64,000 nucleotides of DNA from Eledone cirrhosa (Eukaryota), in the NCBI GenBank assembly GCA_964016885.1, contig OZ024741.1, positions 378,634,001-378,698,000 on the forward strand, in the 5' to 3' direction. The notes under the pieces are model-generated. The model had not been told where the DNA came from, searched no databases, and saw only the letters and a list, made by a program, of their open reading frames with translations. Shown piece by piece: positions 1 to 13,435 of the stretch; the first letter of the stretch is position 1, and each line of letters opens with the position of its first letter. The translations under genes were made by a program, and so were the position numbers.

Positions 1-295
1 TAATAATAACATGAGATAGAATTATCTTGGAAGTGATTTAATTGTCCTTATTTTCGGATTTCCCATCCACCAACTGGGGGTTTTCCAAGGGAGAAAGATT
101 TAAGTCGGAGAGGAACAAAACTGCCCTCAGTTATCTGTCGTGTTGACAAAGTTCAGGTTCTGGAACACGAGAACGTAAAAGCAACTTCAATTAGAAATAT
201 TGTAACGAGTAAAAGAAAAGAAGAAATACGCATGTTTGTAAAACACAAATACACACTCACACAAATACTCAAACATACACACGAACATGCACACA

Positions 296-1500
<1,205 letters not shown>

Positions 1501-1539
1501 ATCTACATGTCTAGGAATACTGATATAATTGTCAACGAA

Positions 1540-1571
<32 letters not shown>

Positions 1572-2049
1572 AGATGCGAAGGCATGGTATACATTTCCGA
1601 TCATTTTAATCCCGACATATGTTTCAAAAAGAGATAGATCGATCATGTAACCATGATCGATTATCACTGATCTCGTCAGGTGAAAATGAATTGTTTTCAA
1701 ATCCTTGATATGAGGGAGAAAATTAACTGTGTTCATTCACAGAGTTTAGTCCCCGATATGAAGATCAATCAGTCAGAACACGGCGACTGCTATCGTCCTC
1801 AGTTAGTCTCATAAAACAATCAATTCCCACAGAAGCTGTAAAAGACGCTGGACATCAATCAAATCTGTAGAATTACAGTCGGTCACAGTTAATGTTAGTG
1901 GGTGCACACACACTAACATATACATGACGCGAGGTCAAAGAAAAACAAATATATACACATACCAACACAGCATCAGATCTGTAGAACTATAGACGGTCAC
2001 AGTTAGTGGGAGTGAGTACACACACACACCGACACTAGGTTACATCATT

Positions 2050-2165
2050 TTACATCACCTAGCTGTTATCATAAATCGAGTTGGAGATATACGAAACCAT
2101 GGAGAACTTAGTATTGCTAATAAAAATCTTATTGCCACAACCAATAATACACCTTACTATATAAC

Positions 2166-2169
<4 letters not shown>
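2050..2169 (+). repeat. Dispersed repeat end abutting (TA)n; inverted paralog at 17468-17597
   Basis: CACAACCAATAATACACCTTACTATATAACAACT matches the reverse complement of 17468-17501; the rest aligns with substitutions and one indel. Confidence 0.8.
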
Positions 2170-2249
<80 letters not shown>

Positions 2250-2756
2250 AACGGAATAGAAAATGCTGACAAATTGTTCACAGTTGAAAAATGGTTTAAT
2301 TAGGAATAAAAGAGTATTAGTGATTGTATGGGTTAGTATTCAGTTGTGGTTTTAAGTTTTTAAGTTTTTTACCGGTTGCGCATTTCTAAATGCTTTTCAA
2401 AAATAATTTTGAGATAGAGTGTCCGTGCTGTTTGCTCTGATCTGATTAGTTTTGGGAATTCTACCTGTTTTTATGTTAAAAAAGTGGCTCCAGCGTTATT
2501 TTTGTGTTGCAAAAATGCTTGTGGTCAAAACAATTTTGATTGGTCGGTAGAGGTCATGTGAATGTAAAAAGTTGATTTTGCGCCAAGACTGTTTTTATGT
2601 TAAAATGTTAAAAAAGTGGCTCCAGCAAAAATTATTGGTCAAAACAATTTTGATTGGTCGGTAGAGGTCATGTGGATAAAAAATTGGTTTTGCGCCAAGA
2701 TTGAGAAATGACTCTTTCACAACAAATATGTGTGTGTGTGTGTGTCTATGTGTGTA

Positions 2757-2825
<69 letters not shown>

Positions 2826-2918
2826 CTAGTAGTAGTAGTAAGGTGTTCGATGCTGCGACAATGGCCAGCAGCGATGTGTGTCAAATGGCTATTAAGATAA
2901 GTGTGTGTGTGTGTGTGT

Positions 2919-2959
<41 letters not shown>

Positions 2960-3420
2960 CAGCAGAGTCATTCGAAGGTCAAAAGATATTTTTCAGCTTT
3001 TGTCTTATACGGAGAAGTGCGTGTGTGTGTGTGTGTATAAGTCTCTTTGTATGTTGATGTACGCGTGTGTATGTGTTTGTGTATATATGTGTGTGGGGGG
3101 GGGACCAGTATTTTCTTCCCCCTGGTAAAATGGTGTACATTATTCGATTTTTTCAGTAAAATCGGTTCTCTTAATAGAACATCAAAAATCTTAACAATAA
3201 AAGGTGTGAAATGATATTCACTATATATATATACACACACACACACATACACTACATATATATATATATATACATATATACATACATATATATGCACATA
3301 TATTTTTTTGTATTGCACCATAGAGCATGTGTGTTTACGTGTGTCATTGTGTTTATATGTGGGTAGAGATGTGTGCTGATCTAGGTATGTATGTTGACGT
3401 GTGTATGTTGTGGGTTCGTC

Positions 3421-5740
3421 TTAGGGAGAAGTGTTTAGACGGGGTCCGTATTTGTTAATGAAGTAAGATTCCTTGCTGATGCGCTGGGTGTGGGTGGCAT
3501 TATCTTTAAATTTGTAGAGGGGAAAGATTCTGAAGTTGGGATGATTTTGGGCGGCACAGGTATCAATGTGTTCACTCAGTGGTATTTTCCTGTATTTCCG
3601 TATTTTAATTTGGGATCTAGGGACATTCATGCGTTGGCGGAGGCTGGTTTTGGTCTGGCCTATGTATTGTTCTCGAAAACCTGAACAAGTTAATACATAT
3701 ATTAGATTTTCCGATGCACATGAGAAATCGTGTTTTACTATAAAACGTTGTCCATCTTTGAAATAGAATTCCGAACCCTCTATTAGGTTGATGCAAATGC
3801 CACAGTTGGGTCTATCGCATTTTTTTACTGTGGGTTTTGTTGTTGTGGTTGGCAGTACTTTGCATGTGTTAAGATGTTTTTCATTGACTTGGATTGTCTT
3901 TTGCTCTTTATGATATCGTGTGTTCGTAGAATATGGTTCATTCTATGGTCCTTTTTCAATACAGGGATGTTCTGGAGGATGGTGTCAAAGGCCTCATTGT
4001 TGAGGGGGTTGTGTGTGGAGATGTATGGAAGAGCGTTTAGTTTTGGTTGATTTACTTTAGGGTGTCTAAGGTCCTGGGTACTGAGTTTTAGGGCACGTTG
4101 GATTCCATTGTCAATTAGTGATGCAGGGTAGTCCCTGCCTATGAGTGTGTCCTTTAGTTCTTGTAGCCGTAAGTAGCAGATGTTTTTATTGGTGACTATA
4201 GTACAGATTCTCTTGGCTAAGTTGTAGGGAATATTAATTTTAACGTGTCTAGGGTGGCAAGAGTTGAAGGGGAGGTATTGCTTGGAGTCTGTGGGCTTGT
4301 AGTATATGTCTGTTTCTATTTTTTTGTTATGGATCTTAATGAGGATGTCGAGGAAGGGGAGTTGTTGATGGCTGTATTCCATCGTGAAGTTAATATTTGT
4401 GTTGAGCCCATTTATAAGGGTGTGGAATTCTTTAAGTTTTTCGATGTTTTCGTGCCAAAGGATGAAGCAGTCATCTAGATATCGCTTCCAGTTCCTTTCA
4501 ATGTGTAAATGGAGGGTGTTTCCAAATTTGTTTAGGACTTTAGTGTAGAGGGTGATTTCCAGGTATCCCATGACTAGGTTGGCATAAGTAGGGGCTGTTT
4601 TCGTTCCCATAGCGGTCACAGATTTCTGCCTGTAGGGTTTGTTATTGAAAACGAAGTAATTGTTCTCCAAGATAAATTTGAGTCCCTCTATCACGAATTC
4701 TTTTTTGATGCGTTGTGGGAGTTCATTGTGGAAATTATCCAGCCAGAATTGGATAGCTTCTATTCCTAGGTTGTGGGGGATGTTGGAGTATAGGTTGACT
4801 ACATCGAACGTCACTAGTAGGGTTTGTTCAGAAAGTGGCATATTAGGGGGGTGATTGAGCATTCTAGGTCGTCCCTTATATAGCTTTTGATGTGCTTGAG
4901 GAAGGGTTTGAGAAGGGTATCAATGAAGTTGCTAAGACGGTGCGTTTCGCAAGCGGGGCCTGCTATTATAGGTTTTAATTTGAGATCATTGGGTGAGGGG
5001 ACATTGATGACTATGTCTGTGGCTTCCTTGCATGCCGTACTGATTGAGTCGCTTTTATGTACTTCAGGGATACCGTAGAAAAGGCTGGATTTACTTGTGA
5101 AGCCTGTGATGAAGCTGAATTCCTTGTTAGTGAGTCCTTCTTTGTATTGGTTGATTAGAGTTTTTAGGTTTCTCATAATTTTCTGTTGATTGTAGTGTTC
5201 AGCCTTTTCGTAGTATGTTTCGTTTTGCAAAGTGGAGGGCGCTAAGTTGATATAGAATTCTGTCTCCATTAGGACTACTGTACTCCCTTTCTCAGCCTCT
5301 TTAATTGTAATGGTTCTGTCGGTTTTTAATCTATTTAATTCTTCCCATTCTTTCTTGTTGAGGTTTCGCTTGTGTTTTTGTCTGTGCAAGTGTTGGTAAG
5401 GGAAGTTTGTGATGTGTTCACAGAATTCGTCCAGGATTTTATTTCTACCTTTTGAAGGGGTGTAATTGCTTCTATTTCTGGCTAATGATTCATCCTCATT
5501 GTACTGGTCGAATAGTTGTTCACTAAGTCGTAACTGTCTACAGAAGTCTGTGATGTCTTCCTTCATTTCATAGTAGTTAGGACGTAGTGGGGTCGGTGTG
5601 AATTTAAGACCTTTGGAGAGTAAGTTGATAAGGTTGGGTGTTGGTTCTGCACTAGTAAGATTGATACTTTTTATTACTATCGGTTTCTCCTCCCTGTCTT
5701 GTGTTATTTTGTTTGCCTGTATTTGTGTGCTGTGTCTAAA
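3421..5740 (-). pseudogene. PLE RT-GIY-YIG ORF, disrupted by frameshifts near 4860 and 3858
   Basis: Track ORFs 4814-5566, 3825-4862 and 3421-3630 join into one RT-EN protein. Comparison with the second copy shows the 2-nt and 1-nt deletions. Confidence 0.9.
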
Positions 5741-7010
5741 AAATGGTTGGGGTAGAGGGGTTGTCTGCTGATGTTAAGTGGTCTCCTGTGTTTGTTATAT
5801 TCCTTGTTGTTGTAAAATGTGGTTCGGGTTGGTGGTTGTAGATTGAATGGGGTGTTCCTGTACTGCGAGTATGGGTGTGTGTTTCTATGTGCCATGTTGT
5901 ATTGTGGTGTTATAAGTGGCCTACGTTGTTGGTTGTATCGTGTGGTGTGGGTTTGTTGTGTATTGTGGAAGTGAGAGTTGAGAAAATGGTAATTACCTTG
6001 CTGTCCCCTTGAAGCGGGGAAGTTGTTGCATCTATCATGGCAGTGGTATCTTTTCCCTATGTTTGACGATGAGGAATCCGCGTAGTAGTTGAGTGATTTG
6101 GTATGGTGTCTCCTTGAAGGGGGAAAGTTGTAAATGTCATTCTGGGGGAGATGATTTCTTGGGTTTTTGTTCCTTCTTATGGTAGCGAGGTTGGGAAGTT
6201 CATCTTCGGTGTGGTGCTTCCTTCTTCGTTTGTTTGAGGCTTGGGGGTTTGAGAAGTTGTGCGGTTCAGTTATGGGTTTTCCTATTTTATGAACGGGTTA
6301 TTGGAGGTGTAATCCGTTTGAAAAGTCGATTCATAGTGTAGGAACCAAGCGGCACTTTTTTCCCAGCGTTGAAGGGATTTCAGTTCTTCTCTGTTGCAAT
6401 CCCCTTTCCATAATTTGGAGATCTTCTCTACCTTGGGGCCTTCAGTTTTGTTGTTGATTTCCAGGAGGATCTCTTCATCGATGGCTTTGATATTTTCCTC
6501 ATTTGTCTGGGCCCTCAGTTTAAGAAGTTCAATTTCTGTCTTCATTTTTTCCAATGCCATTCTTTCCCTAAGGTGTCTTTGAGGTTCGGGTTCATTTGGA
6601 ATGGACTTTATTTGTAGTTTACGGGGGAGAGTTAGAGGGGTTGCGTTAAGCCATTTTTCATATATCTCTGCTTTGTTGTGATTTTGTATCATCTTCCAGA
6701 ATGAGAACTTTCTGTCTCTGAGCGATTTGTTCCATTTTGGAATTGTTCGAATTTTCATTTTGTGTGAATCAATCTCACATGGTTCTTCTTTGGTTTTTCC
6801 TGGGTTGGTAGTAGTGAACATAGTTTGGATAGTATCGCAAAGGTTTTGGAGTTTGTCGCCGATTTCGGAGGGTTTGTATCCGGTGGCGGTTTCCTTAATT
6901 GTGGAGTCAAGTTTGTCGACCAGCAAAGATAGGTTGGTGTTGATTTTCTTGAGTTCCTGTAGGATTTCTTCATTTGAGTTGATGAGGGTTGTATCCATTT
7001 CTGTTGGCAT
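5704..7010 (-). pseudogene. PLE upstream ORF1: coiled-coil-like N half, basic N/H/R/Y-rich C half, probable 1-nt deletion near 6285
   Basis: First ATG at 7010 (MPTEMD...). The frame of track ORF 5704-5895 is open back to 6297 and overlaps the end of ORF 6282-7064. Confidence 0.7.
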
Positions 7011-7076
7011 TTTCTGTATCTCGTGTGAGGATATGATAGTTAAAAGAATAGAGGTGTAACACACAAGTTATTATAT

Positions 7077-7559
7077 ATTGGTAAACGGAATAGAAAATGC
7101 TGACAAATTGTTCACAGTTGAAAAATGGTTTAATTAGGAATAAAAGAGTATTAGTGATTGTATGGGTTAGTATTCAGTTGTGGTTTTAAGTTTTTAAGTC
7201 TTTTACCGGTTGCGCATTTCTAAATGCTTTTCAAAAATAATTTTGAGATAGAGTGTCCGTGCTGTTTGCTCTGATCTGATTAGTTTTGGGAATTCTACCT
7301 GTTTTTATGTTAAAAAAGTGGCTCCAGCGTTATTTTTGTGTTGCAAAAATGCTTGTGGTCAAAACAATTTTGATTGGTCGGTAGAGGTCATGTGAATGTA
7401 AAAAGTTGATTTTGCGCCAAGACTGTTTTTATGTTAAAATGTTAAAAAAGTGGCTCCAGCAAAAATTATTGGTCAAAACAATTTTGATTGGTCGGTAGAG
7501 GTCATGTGGACAAAAAATTGGTTTTGCGCCAAGATTGAGAAATGACTCTTTCACAACAA

Positions 7560-7596
<37 letters not shown>

Positions 7597-7678
7597 TGTG
7601 TGTGTGTAGTAGTAGTAGTAAGGTGTTCGATGCTGCGACAATGGCCAGCAGCGATGTGTGTCAAATGGCTATTAAGAT

Positions 7679-7740
<62 letters not shown>

Positions 7741-8029
7741 AAGTATATATACAGCAGAGTCATTCGAAGGTCAAAAGATATTTTTCAGCTTTTGTCTTAT
7801 ACGGAGAAGTGCGTGTGTGTGTGTGTGTGTGTGTATAAGTCTCTTTGTATGTTGATGTACGCGTGTGTATGTGTTTGTGTATATATGTGTGTGTGTGTGT
7901 GTGTGTGGGTGGACCAGTATTTTTTCCCCCTCGTAAAATGGTGTACATTATTTGATTTTTTCAGTCAAATCGGTTCTCTTAATAGAACATCAAAAATCTT
8001 AACAATAAAAGGTGTGAAATGATATTCAC

Positions 8030-8061
<32 letters not shown>

Positions 8062-10039
8062 TTCACTACATATAGATATATATACATATATACATACATA
8101 TATATGCACATATATTTTTTTGTATTGCACCATAGAGCATGTGTGTTTACGTGTGTCATTGTGTTTATATGTGGGTAGAGATGTGTGCTGATGTAGGTAT
8201 GTATGTTGACGTGTGTATGTTGTGGGCTCGTCTTAGGGAGAAGTGTTTTGACGGGGTCCGTATTTGTTAATGAAGTAAGATTCCTTGCTGATGCGCTGGG
8301 TGTGGGTGGCATTATCTTTAAATTTGTAGAGGGGAAAGATTCTGAAGTTGGGATGATTTTGGGCGGCACAGGTATCAATGTGTTCACTCAGTGGTATTTT
8401 CCTGTATTCCCGTATCTTAATTTGGGATCTAGGGACATTCATGCGTTGGCGGAGGCTGGTTTTGGTCTGGCCTATGTATTGTTCTCGACAACCTGAACAA
8501 GTTAATACATATATTAGATTTTCCGATGCACATGTGAAATTGTGTTTTACTATAAAACGTTGTCCATCTTTGAAATAGAATTCCGAACCCTCTATTAGGT
8601 TGATGCAAATGCCACAGTTGGGTCTATCGCATTTTTTTACTGTGGGTTTCGTTGCTGTGGTTGGCAGTACTTTGGCATGAGTTAAGATGTTTTTCATTGA
8701 CTTGGATTGTCTTTTGCTCTTTATGATATCGTGTGTTCGTAGAATTTGGTTCATTCTATGGTCCTTTTTCAATACAGTGATGTTCTGGAGGATGGTGTCA
8801 AAGGCCCCGTTGTTGAGGGGGTGGTGTGTGGAGATGTATGGAAGAGCTTTTAGTTTTGGTTGATTTACTTTAGGGTGTCTAAGGTCCTGGGTACTGAGTT
8901 TTAGGGCACGTTGGATTCCATTGTCAATTAGTGATGCAGGGTAGTCCCTGCCTATGAGTGTGTCCTTTAGTTCTTGTAGCCGTAAGTAGCAGATGTTTTT
9001 ATTGGAGACTATAGTACAGATTCTCTTGGCTAAGTTGTAGGGAATATTAATTTTAACGTGTCTAGGGTGGCAAGAGTTGAAGGGGAGGTATTGCTTGGAG
9101 TCTGTGGGCTTGTAGTATATGTCTGTTTCTATTTTTTTGTTATGGATCTTAATGAGGATGTCGAGGAAGGGGAGTTGTTGATGGCTGTATTCCATCGTGA
9201 AGTTAATATTTGTGTTGAGCCCATTTATAAGGGTGTGAAATTCTTTAAGTTTTTCGATGTTTTCGTGCCAAAGGATGAAGCAGTCATCTAGATATCGCTT
9301 CCAGTTCCTTTCAATGTGTAAATGGAGGGTGTTTCCAAATTTGTTTAGGACTTTAGTGTAGAGGGTGATTTCCAGGTATCCCATGACTAGGTTGGCATAA
9401 GTAGGGGCTGTTTTAGTTGCCATAGCGGTCCCAGATTACTGCCTGTAGGGTTTGTTATTGAAAACGAAGTAATTGTTCTCCAAGATAAAGTTGAGTCCCT
9501 CTATCACGAATTCTTTTTTGATGCGTTGTGGGAGTTCATTGTGGAAATTATCCAGCCAGAATTGGATAGCTTCTATTCCTAGGTTGTGGGGGATGTTGGA
9601 GTATAGGTTGACTACATCGAACGTCACTAGTAGGGTTTGTTCAGAAAGTGGCATATTAGGGAGGTGATTGAGCATATCTAGGTCGTCCCTTATATAGCTT
9701 TTGATGTGCTTGAGGAAGGGTATCAATGAAGTTGCTAAGACGGTGCGTTTCGCAAGCGGGGCCTGCTATTATAGGTTTTAATTTGAGATCATTGGGTGAG
9801 GGGACATTGATGACTATGTCTGTGGCTTCCTTGCATGCCTTACTGATTGATTCGCTTTTATGTACTTTAGGGATACCGTAGAAAAGGCTGGATTTACTTG
9901 TGAAGTCTGTGATGAAGCTGAATTCCTTGTTAGTGAGTCCTTCTTTGTATTGGTTGATTAGAGATTTTAGGTTTCTCATAATTTTCTGTTGATTGTAGTG
10001 TTCAGCCTTTTCGTAGTATGTTTCGTTTTCCAAAGTGGA
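7077..10039 (-). mobile_element. 5'-truncated upstream tandem copy of the same PLE (extended pLTR)
   Basis: Direct repeat of ~2245-5236 with high identity; similarity stops at AAGTGGA, 10039; runs directly into ORF1 of the downstream copy. Confidence 0.93.
8233..10039 (-). pseudogene. PLE RT-GIY-YIG, partial second copy
   Basis: Track ORFs 9656-10033, 9436-9726 and 8233-9423; an 11-nt deletion between GAAGGGT repeats near 9720 and a stop at 9436. Confidence 0.9.
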
Positions 10040-10949
10040 TATATGGGATGTTTTATCTCTTTACAAAGAAATGAATGCATAGATATTTTGAATTAAAGAG
10101 GAATTAACTAATACATTTTCCTACATGATATACATCATCAGAATAATTCTCAAATTTATATGTAATATCAATGATTTTATTTTATATTAAATAATCATTA
10201 TCTATTTGATTTTAAGAGAAATCATCTCCTCGCTTTACATTCTTAGTGTAAGTTTAAAGACAAAAGTTTTAAATACTTTACTAAATAACTAAAGAAATTA
10301 TATATAAATGTAATTTAAAGATAAAATATTAGCGTAAGATAAGGCTTCGTTATAAAATTGGATCTTGCAAACTGCAAGAAAACGGATAGAAAACGAAATG
10401 ACTTATAAAAATAGTAAAATAGAAGTAAATACAAATATGTAAGTAAAATTTGTAATCTCATTAAAAACAAACATTTTCACCCAGCGTCTGGAAAATCTCA
10501 AAATATGCCATAATCTTCATATATTTCAACTGCTTCTTCGTCAGATGCATGGTAGATGATAAACTGTTATCGCCTTACTTAGAATTCTGTTGATTTTACT
10601 CTTTGCTTCTCATCTGGTGAAGATAATTCTATCTACTGAAAGAATGACTACAAGTTGTTTCCCATATGTAAATGGAATATTCCGAATTGTTATCAGGAAA
10701 TATACCTTCGCAACCCACATGTAAATAAATCTGCAATTATATATACATTCGTACGACAAATAAACGTATACCCAGAGAGATCGTCACATGTACAGACAGA
10801 CACACAGAGACGCTAATTCACAACATGCACTTACACATATTCCAACACGCTCGCAACCACACATACGCACACAAAGACACTCACACTTATATATATATAT
10901 ATATACATAGTAATCATTATCAGCATACGTCTTATCAGCATAGGTCTTA

Positions 10950-11780
10950 TCAGCATAGAGGACTGTGTTCAGATGGAAAATAACTAAGTGCACAAATGTG
11001 TGTCTCACAGAAGGGAGCCAATGCTCAAAATTGTACTGAAAGAGAAGACAATAGACCAGGGTGATGTCCAAAGAAGAAATAACAGCAAGGGGGGAAGAGC
11101 AACCTTCATGTAAAATCCCTTCATAGCACCCACCTTCTTTAAGAAATCACAATTCAGAGATCCACAGACATGGAACTTCTTAAAAAGAGGAGACCTGAAA
11201 AAAGCTACAGAAGGAATGCTAATGGCTGCACAAGAGCAAGCCCTCAGAACGAAGTTGGTGAAACATTATATTGACAAGGAGGAGGCTAGCTCACTTTGTA
11301 GGATACGTGGAGAGAGAGACGAGACTGTGGCTCACATTGTAAATACCTAGCCCAGACTCACTACAAGGGCTGGAGACATGATATGATAGGGATGGTGATT
11401 CACTGGCATCAATGCGATGTAAACAATTTACCACATTCTTAGAAGTGGTATGAGCAAAAGACAGAGTCGGTGATAGAAAACGATCAAGTTTAGGTGCTAT
11501 GGGATTTTAGGATACAGACGGACAAGGAATTAGAAAATAACAGGTCTGACCTTGTGGTTTTGGACAAGGAAAAAAGATCGTGCCTGATTGTAGATGTAGC
11601 CCGCCCATTTGACACGAGAGTGCAAGAGAAGGAGAGGGAGAAAATTAACCTATACTAGGATTTAAAGTGGGAGTTAAAAAGGATTTGGAACTGCAATGAT
11701 ATCAAGGTCTTTCCAATTGTCATAAGAGCACTAAGTACTATCTCAAGGAGATTCCAAGGATGGTTAAAGAAGATTAGGCC
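10950..11780 (+). mobile_element. R4/Dong-clade LINE remnant (Zn knuckle + restriction-like endonuclease)
   Basis: Manual translation: LKRGDLKKATEGMLMAAQEQALRT, CRIRGERDETVAHI, RHD, VLWDFRIQTD, NRSDLVVLDK, DLKWELKRIW; several stops. Confidence 0.82.
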
Positions 11781-12568
11781 AGCCTTCTGTAGTCTTTGCG
11801 CCGCGCCGGGAAATACGCGTTCAGCTTCCAGTAACCAGGTCCTTGTCTATGAAATCTGTGTATGTCGATCTCACAGATCACAAATTTGTCGTCTGTGTAG
11901 TCGACTATTTTAAATTGTGGACAACCTATACTAGCCTTATCTAGTTCCCTGCAGAATACCCTATCTAGAAACGATCTGGATGACCCGATGCGGTTTGTCC
12001 ATGTTCAAATTTGCACATTCGGGTATTCCAGTCGATACCTGTCAGAGAGTTCAAAACGTCTGAGCAGGTTTTGAGGCTCTTGCACCCTCCTCGCCTATCC
12101 ATTAGCCCCACACAATCCCAGCGTGCATCCAAGAAACCGTTCCAGTTGCCCACTAACACTAAAGAGCGGGACGTTCGCAGAAAAGTCTGTAGACGTCTGA
12201 AGAAATCTGGCCGTCCTGTCCCTGTCGGGGCATAGAGGGCTACTAGGCTGAAAGCGTTGCCATCGGTGCCGTTCAGGTCCGGCACCACCGACTTACCTTC
12301 TGGGTCGAGGAAGATGGTCCGTACGGCGGGACCCATGTTTTTCCGAAGTACCACAGCCACACCCCCTCCCCGCTCCCGGACGGCTCGGAGATGCGTACAC
12401 CTCGTAACTGTCGAAGATCTGTGCGAAAGCTTGAGTTTCATAGATTCCCTTCTCGCTGATGGCCACCACATCTATGTTTAGTGAACTCAGGTCGTTAAGC
12501 AAGTGACCCTGCTTCCAAACCGAGCTCAAGCCACGCACGTTTACACTTCCGATCCTGAATACGGCCAT
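11781..12568 (-). pseudogene. APE endonuclease N-terminus of LINE ORF2, frameshifted and truncated
   Basis: MAVFRIGSVNVRGL...DVVAISE, GGGVAV, LYAP, LVGNWN and GPGYWKLN (reverse of ~11820-11843). Confidence 0.85.
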
Positions 12569-13435
12569 GTTGGGTGAGGAATGGAGCAAGTGAGAAAGGA
12601 TCCCTTACCTTGATCGTCTGGTGAGGAGACCGTTGAATCGTCCCTTCGGCTGGTCATCGGCTCTTCTGTGAGTATATCCAAGTATACTCTCCGGTTGGGT
12701 GTACCTCCTAGGTCTCTGAAATCACCAACTGCGTTGGGGAATTTCATGTTAATGTTTGTGTATTGTTTCTGTGATATTCTTACCAGTCTTATGTTCGTCG
12801 GTGTTTTGATTGGTGCTGGTATTATGTAATCGTGCTATGAAATGTATGTGTGTTCAATTATGTAAGTCATTAGTTTCTTGTTGTGTGTATTTATTGTTGT
12901 GCATTTCTTTATTGGGGGGTGGGGGTGGATTTGCTATTTTCTTGTCGTTGTTGCTGGTTGTGTTTAACTTGTGTTTGCGATGTTGGTGCTTGTGATGGTG
13001 TTGTTGAAGGTGCTGTTGTTGTTGGCAGGATGGTTCCGCTGCTGGTGACGGTAGTGCTAGTGTGGGTGGTGATGGTGTTGGTGGAGTTGCTGCTGTAAGT
13101 CTATTTGCAGTAGCCTTCACCCTTTTTTCATCTCTTCCCTCTCTTTTCGAAGGCGACGATGCGCTGATTCTGTGTTTGTGCCTTCTTGCGACGTTTTGCA
13201 TCCCCATCCCACCTTACACTCCATGTCCGATTCTGTGAGGTCGGGGAGGGGTACCAGCTCCGCTCTTTCACCTGCTCTTGTTGGTGATGGTTGCTGTGGA
13301 GTCTCTGTTGCAGCTGCAGTTGGTATTACTGTTGTTGTTGTTGTTAATACGTCCACTGCTGCTGCTGTTGTTGATTTCCGTGGCGTGGGGATGGGTGCCA
13401 CGGACCTATTCTTCCTGCTTGCCGCCTGTCTGTTG

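Larger units (their letters stand above)
2245..7076 (-). mobile_element. Penelope-like retroelement, Neptune type, near full length (ORF1 + RT + Zn linker + GIY-YIG + 3' UTR/pLTR)
   Basis: PLE RT motifs LLSKGLKFTPTP, P(K/E)VHK, PIIAGP, FDVVNLY, TAMGTK, RYLDD, YYKPTD; CxxxxCxxC linker; LIYVLTCSGC..YIGQT; 3' end in (TA)n. Confidence 0.93.

Noticed and set aside
2266-2290. Plus-strand CTGACAA...GAAA hammerhead-like string in the Neptune tail
   Set aside because: Antisense to the element, and no stem III or cleavage triplet.
4245-4478. Plus-strand ORFs overlapping the PLE (also 9058-9291, 8203-8496)
   Set aside because: Antisense shadows of the RT frame with no independent motifs.
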